NCBI GenBank assembly: GCA_965248925.1
Contig: CBDFLE010000006.1
Span: 2,304,001-2,368,000, forward strand
Origin: Candidatus Multivoradales bacterium
Lineage (GTDB): Bacteria; Acidobacteriota; Thermoanaerobaculia; Multivoradales; J023
Direction of reading: 5' to 3'
Length of the DNA: 64,000 nucleotides
A program made the translations under genes and the position numbers. Below, piece by piece: positions 60,763 through 64,000 of the stretch. Position 1 is the first letter of the stretch; each line of letters starts with the position of its first letter. The notes under the pieces were generated by a model. The model saw nothing but the letters and a program-made list of their open reading frames with translations, had not been told where the DNA came from and made no database searches.

Positions 60763-62637
60763 CTACTGCAAGTACCCCAACGCCCGTAGTTGCTCGCGTT
60801 CTTCTTCGCTCAACACCAGTTCTTCGGCCTCGGCCCCTACACGCTGCGCTAGCCAGCGGTCGAGCAAGGCCGCCAAGCGCTGCTCCTCGGCCAAGCCTTG
60901 GCCGGCTAGGTTGACCCGTTCTGCGGGGTCTGCTTGCAGATCGTAGAGGTAAGCCGGCTCGGGAACTTGTGGGTTGTCGTGACTGCGAAAGTACTTGAAA
61001 CGGGCGGTCCGCACCATCGCTCCGCGGTTGTTGGCGTGTTCGGTGAACACCACCGGGCGGCCTGGGTGTTCACGGGCGGCCAGCTCGAGCAGATCGCGAC
61101 CGTCCCGACCCGGCGGTTCGACACCGGCAGCGCGCAGCAGGGTGGGAAAAAGATCGAGGCTCTGCACCAGGCCCTCGAGGCGACGGCCGACGCGCACCTC
61201 TCCCGGCCAGCGAATCATCAGCGGCACATGGGTGGTGGTTTCCCAAAGGCCGGCATGACCATAGAGGATGTCGTGATCTTCGAGATTTTCACCGTGATCG
61301 GCAATGAACACCAAGATCGTGTTGCGGAACAGGCCGCGACTATCCAAGAAGTCCATCAAGCGATCGATCTGGCGATCTAGGTAAGCCACCTCCCCCGCGT
61401 AGAGGTCTTTCTCACCTCCGTGCAGGGTGTTGACGAACTGGCGCGGTCCCGGCTCGCGGAAAGGTTGCCATTCCGCCACCGGGTTGAGGCCGTAGCGCCG
61501 GGCGGGACGGTAGCCCTCCGCATAGGGCCGCGGCGGAGTGTGGGGAGTATGCACGTCATAGAGATGCATGAAGAGAAAGAAGGGCGGCTGGCGACCGTCT
61601 ATCCAGTTCATCGCCAGATCGATCGGTAGCTCGCCTTTGAAGGACCGATCGGGATAGGCAACTTCGCCGAAACCCTGGTGGATTCTGGCGCCGTGAAGGT
61701 GGCGGGCTGAGAGGATCGCGGAGCTGACGTAGCCGGCCTCGGCCAACAACGCAGCGATGGTAGCGTGCTCTTCAGGCAGACGCTGGTTGTTGGCGTAGAC
61801 CCCATGGTTCTTGCCGTAGAGCCCGGTCATCATCGAAGTGAAGCTGGGATTGGTGTTGTTGAAGGCGGTGTAAGCCTGCAACCACACGTCGCTCTCGGCC
61901 GCCAATTGATCGAGGGCCGGGGTGATCGACGGCTGCTGGCGCCAGGGGCCGAGGGCATCGGCGCGCAGAGTATCGACACCGATCCAAATGATGTTGGGAC
62001 GCTCATCGGCTAGTGGCGCTGGCTCGGCCAGTGGCGGCTGGCGACTGTAGACCGCGGCGCTGGCCCACAGCGCCCGGCGCCCCCCAGCCATACCCGGCTG
62101 CTCCTCGAGACCGAGCACCAAGTCGACCGCCTGGCCGGCAAAATCTTGCAGATCAATAGTCTGCCGCGGCGGCGGTGGACGCAACTCCAAAACCGCCGGC
62201 ACCGAGGCCAGCGGGTGCTCTACCCCAGCCGCATCACGCACCGCCACCTGGTAGACACACTGACAAGGCTCCGCCTCGACCGGCAGAGGAATAAATGAGA
62301 AGTAGGCCTGCTCACCCAATTGCAAAGGCTTGACCAACCGCGAGCCGACGTTGTGCTCCAGAACATTGACGCTGGGCGCCGACAGAGGGCGCTTACCTCG
62401 GCGCGACTCAGGGACCATGGCGCGCACTTCGGCGGCACCAAAGGGCGCCTTGACGTGCCGTACCTGATGCGGCAGACGCTCGCCCGCGAGATTCTCGACA
62501 TAGGGTCGATCAAACCACAGATCGACCCGCTGCCAAGCGCCGACGGGTGCCTCCCGGGGGGCGCAAGCAAGCACTCCGAGAAGGAGCACAAGAACCGTGG
62601 CGGCTATTCTCGACAAGCTGACTGCAACCCTCTTCAC
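60763..62637 (-). CDS. Sulfatase-fold (alkaline phosphatase superfamily) lipoprotein
   Basis: Lipobox VLAC; PNII..VDTLRAD, T.PS....MTG, H.YD.H.P, DHGE, EQLRALGY. Confidence 0.88.
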   Translation of the reverse strand: MKRVAVSLSRIAATVLVLLLGVLACAPREAPVGAWQRVDLWFDRPYVENLAGERLPHQVRHVKAPFGAAEVRAMVPESRRGKRPLSAPSVNVLEHNVGSRLVKPLQLGEQAYFSFIPLPVEAEPCQCVYQVAVRDAAGVEHPLASVPAVLELRPPPPRQTIDLQDFAGQAVDLVLGLEEQPGMAGGRRALWASAAVYSRQPPLAEPAPLADERPNIIWIGVDTLRADALGPWRQQPSITPALDQLAAESDVWLQAYTAFNNTNPSFTSMMTGLYGKNHGVYANNQRLPEEHATIAALLAEAGYVSSAILSARHLHGARIHQGFGEVAYPDRSFKGELPIDLAMNWIDGRQPPFFLFMHLYDVHTPHTPPRPYAEGYRPARRYGLNPVAEWQPFREPGPRQFVNTLHGGEKDLYAGEVAYLDRQIDRLMDFLDSRGLFRNTILVFIADHGENLEDHDILYGHAGLWETTTHVPLMIRWPGEVRVGRRLEGLVQSLDLFPTLLRAAGVEPPGRDGRDLLELAAREHPGRPVVFTEHANNRGAMVRTARFKYFRSHDNPQVPEPAYLYDLQADPAERVNLAGQGLAEEQRLAALLDRWLAQRVGAEAEELVLSEEEREQLRALGYLQ

Positions 62638-62640
62638 CGT

Positions 62641-62674
62641 GTTACTTTCTCCACCGCGTTACTTTCTCCACCGC
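62641..62674. repeat. Perfect 17-bp tandem duplication
   Basis: GTTACTTTCTCCACCGC x2, containing the GGAG RBS of the minus-strand gene. Confidence 0.9.
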
Positions 62675-62713
62675 TCGGGGCCTGCTGCCCCGCATCCTTC
62701 GGAGACCCTTGCC

Positions 62714-64000
62714 ATGACTGCCGTTCTGCCGCCAAAGATCCCCTGTCTGCACGTTGGTGACATCGAGTTGCCGCGCGAGTTCGAAAAACTCTACGAGCTG
62801 GCCTACAACCTGTGGTGGACCTGGTCACCGCCAGCGCGCGACCTGTTCGCGGCGATCGATTCAGCGCATTGGCAACTCTACGGTAATCCGGTTCAGGTGC
62901 TGATCAATGTCGAGCCCCAACGCTGGCATGTGCTGCTCGAGGACGAGGGCTTTATCGCCCGCTACCGGCAGGTGATCGGCGACTACGAACGCTACCTGCA
63001 CGGCGCCGAGGATACCTGGTTCCGGCAACACCACGGCAGCGAGTTGCAAGGCCCGGTGGCCTATTTTTCGATGGAATACGGCCTGCACCATTCCTTGGCG
63101 GTCTACTCCGGCGGTCTCGGAGTGCTTTCCGGCGACCACTGCAAGAGCGCCAGCGACCTGGGGCTACCCTTTGTCGCCGTCGGCCTGCTCTACCGCCAGG
63201 GCTATTTTCAGCAGTCGATCTCTGCCGAGGGTCTGCAGCAGCACACCTACCCGCGCTACGACTTCACTCGCCTGCCACTGCGACCGGTGGCCACCGCCAG
63301 TGGCCAGGAAGTGGTCGTGCAAGTGCCGCTGCCCGGCCGCGACGTGGCCGCCAAGGTGTGGCTGGCCCAGGTGGGCCGGGTGCCGCTGCTGTTGCTCGAC
63401 ACCGATCTCGACCAGAACCATCCGGCAGACCGACCGATCACCAACATCCTTTATGTCGCCGGCCGCGAGATGCGCTTGGTGCAGGAGTTAACACTTGGCC
63501 TAGGAGGCGCGAAGGTGATCCAGGCCCTCGGCATCGAGCCGGCGGTCTGGCACCTCAACGAAGGCCATTCGGTCTTCTTACAGCTCGAACGGCTGCGCTG
63601 GCGAGTCGCCGCCGGTGAGCAGCCGGCGAGGGCGCTAGAGAACATGCGCCGTGACACCGTCTTTACCACCCACACTCCGGTACCCGCCGGCAACGAGCAG
63701 TTCGACCCGCCCTTAATCCACAAATACCTCGGTAGCTTGACCGAGCAACTCGGTTTGTCGATGGATCAGCTGCTCGCCCTCGGCCGGGCCCACGACAGCG
63801 ACAGGTCGTTCAACTTGACCGCCCTGGCAATCCGCACCGCTAGCTTCCACAACGGCGTCAGCCGGCTCAACGCCCGAGTCACTAGCCGCATGTGGCGCCA
63901 CCTGTTCAGCGACGCGGAACCCACCGAGCAAGTGATCCAGCCGATCACCAACGGCATTCACTCCGCCACTTGGTTGGGCCTGGAGATTCGCCAGCTGCTC
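62714..64000 (+). CDS. glgP: Alpha-glucan (glycogen) phosphorylase, 3'-partial
   Basis: Manual translation: MTAVLPP...LAYNLWWTW...AYFSMEYG...YSGGLGVLSGDH.KSASDLG...HLNEGH...FTTHTPVPAG...ITNGIH; open to the window end. Confidence 0.96.
   Translation, partial: MTAVLPPKIPCLHVGDIELPREFEKLYELAYNLWWTWSPPARDLFAAIDSAHWQLYGNPVQVLINVEPQRWHVLLEDEGFIARYRQVIGDYERYLHGAEDTWFRQHHGSELQGPVAYFSMEYGLHHSLAVYSGGLGVLSGDHCKSASDLGLPFVAVGLLYRQGYFQQSISAEGLQQHTYPRYDFTRLPLRPVATASGQEVVVQVPLPGRDVAAKVWLAQVGRVPLLLLDTDLDQNHPADRPITNILYVAGREMRLVQELTLGLGGAKVIQALGIEPAVWHLNEGHSVFLQLERLRWRVAAGEQPARALENMRRDTVFTTHTPVPAGNEQFDPPLIHKYLGSLTEQLGLSMDQLLALGRAHDSDRSFNLTALAIRTASFHNGVSRLNARVTSRMWRHLFSDAEPTEQVIQPITNGIHSATWLGLEIRQLL

Overview
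GC-rich bacterial DNA. The gene content, including a C-terminal 'FxDGFESGD..W' tail, a TIGR02999-type ECF/STK pair and VPS10 and CRTAC1 proteins, suggests Acidobacteriota (Thermoanaerobaculia-like); this is inference. (1) 1-12.9 kb is an accessory island bounded by two damaged PIN toxin-antitoxin modules and an IS21-like end. It carries an ECF sigma factor, a Ser/Thr kinase-TPR receptor and a 2285-aa SLH/Ig/GEVED surface protein. (2) 13-20 kb holds a VPS10 propeller protein, an SGNH hydrolase with 5 Cys-rich repeats, an alpha/beta hydrolase and add. (3) 20.6-47.2 kb is the main find, an apparently uncharacterised lipid/polyketide system. A tightly coupled 13-gene operon encodes ACP, KS, a catalytically dead KS (CLF), an HMG-CoA-reductase homologue, a CrtI/RetSat-like flavoprotein, an SDR-acyltransferase fusion, an ABC1 kinase plus pseudokinase, two paralogous DUF1702/UnbL-like proteins, small helical proteins and a flavin halogenase-like enzyme. 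Two atypical LuxR regulators lie upstream. Downstream are a FadL channel that shares a 33-bp upstream motif with the operon, a redoxin, an UnbV/ASPIC protein and a GAF two-component system. (4) 47.4-64 kb holds glycogen genes (glgX, glgB, glgP) with an embedded ate and an ATP-grasp gene, DUF4097, a YbhGFS-like ABC exporter with two TlpA proteins, a low-GC hydrolase cassette and a sulfatase-fold lipoprotein. No rRNA, tRNA or CRISPR array was seen.
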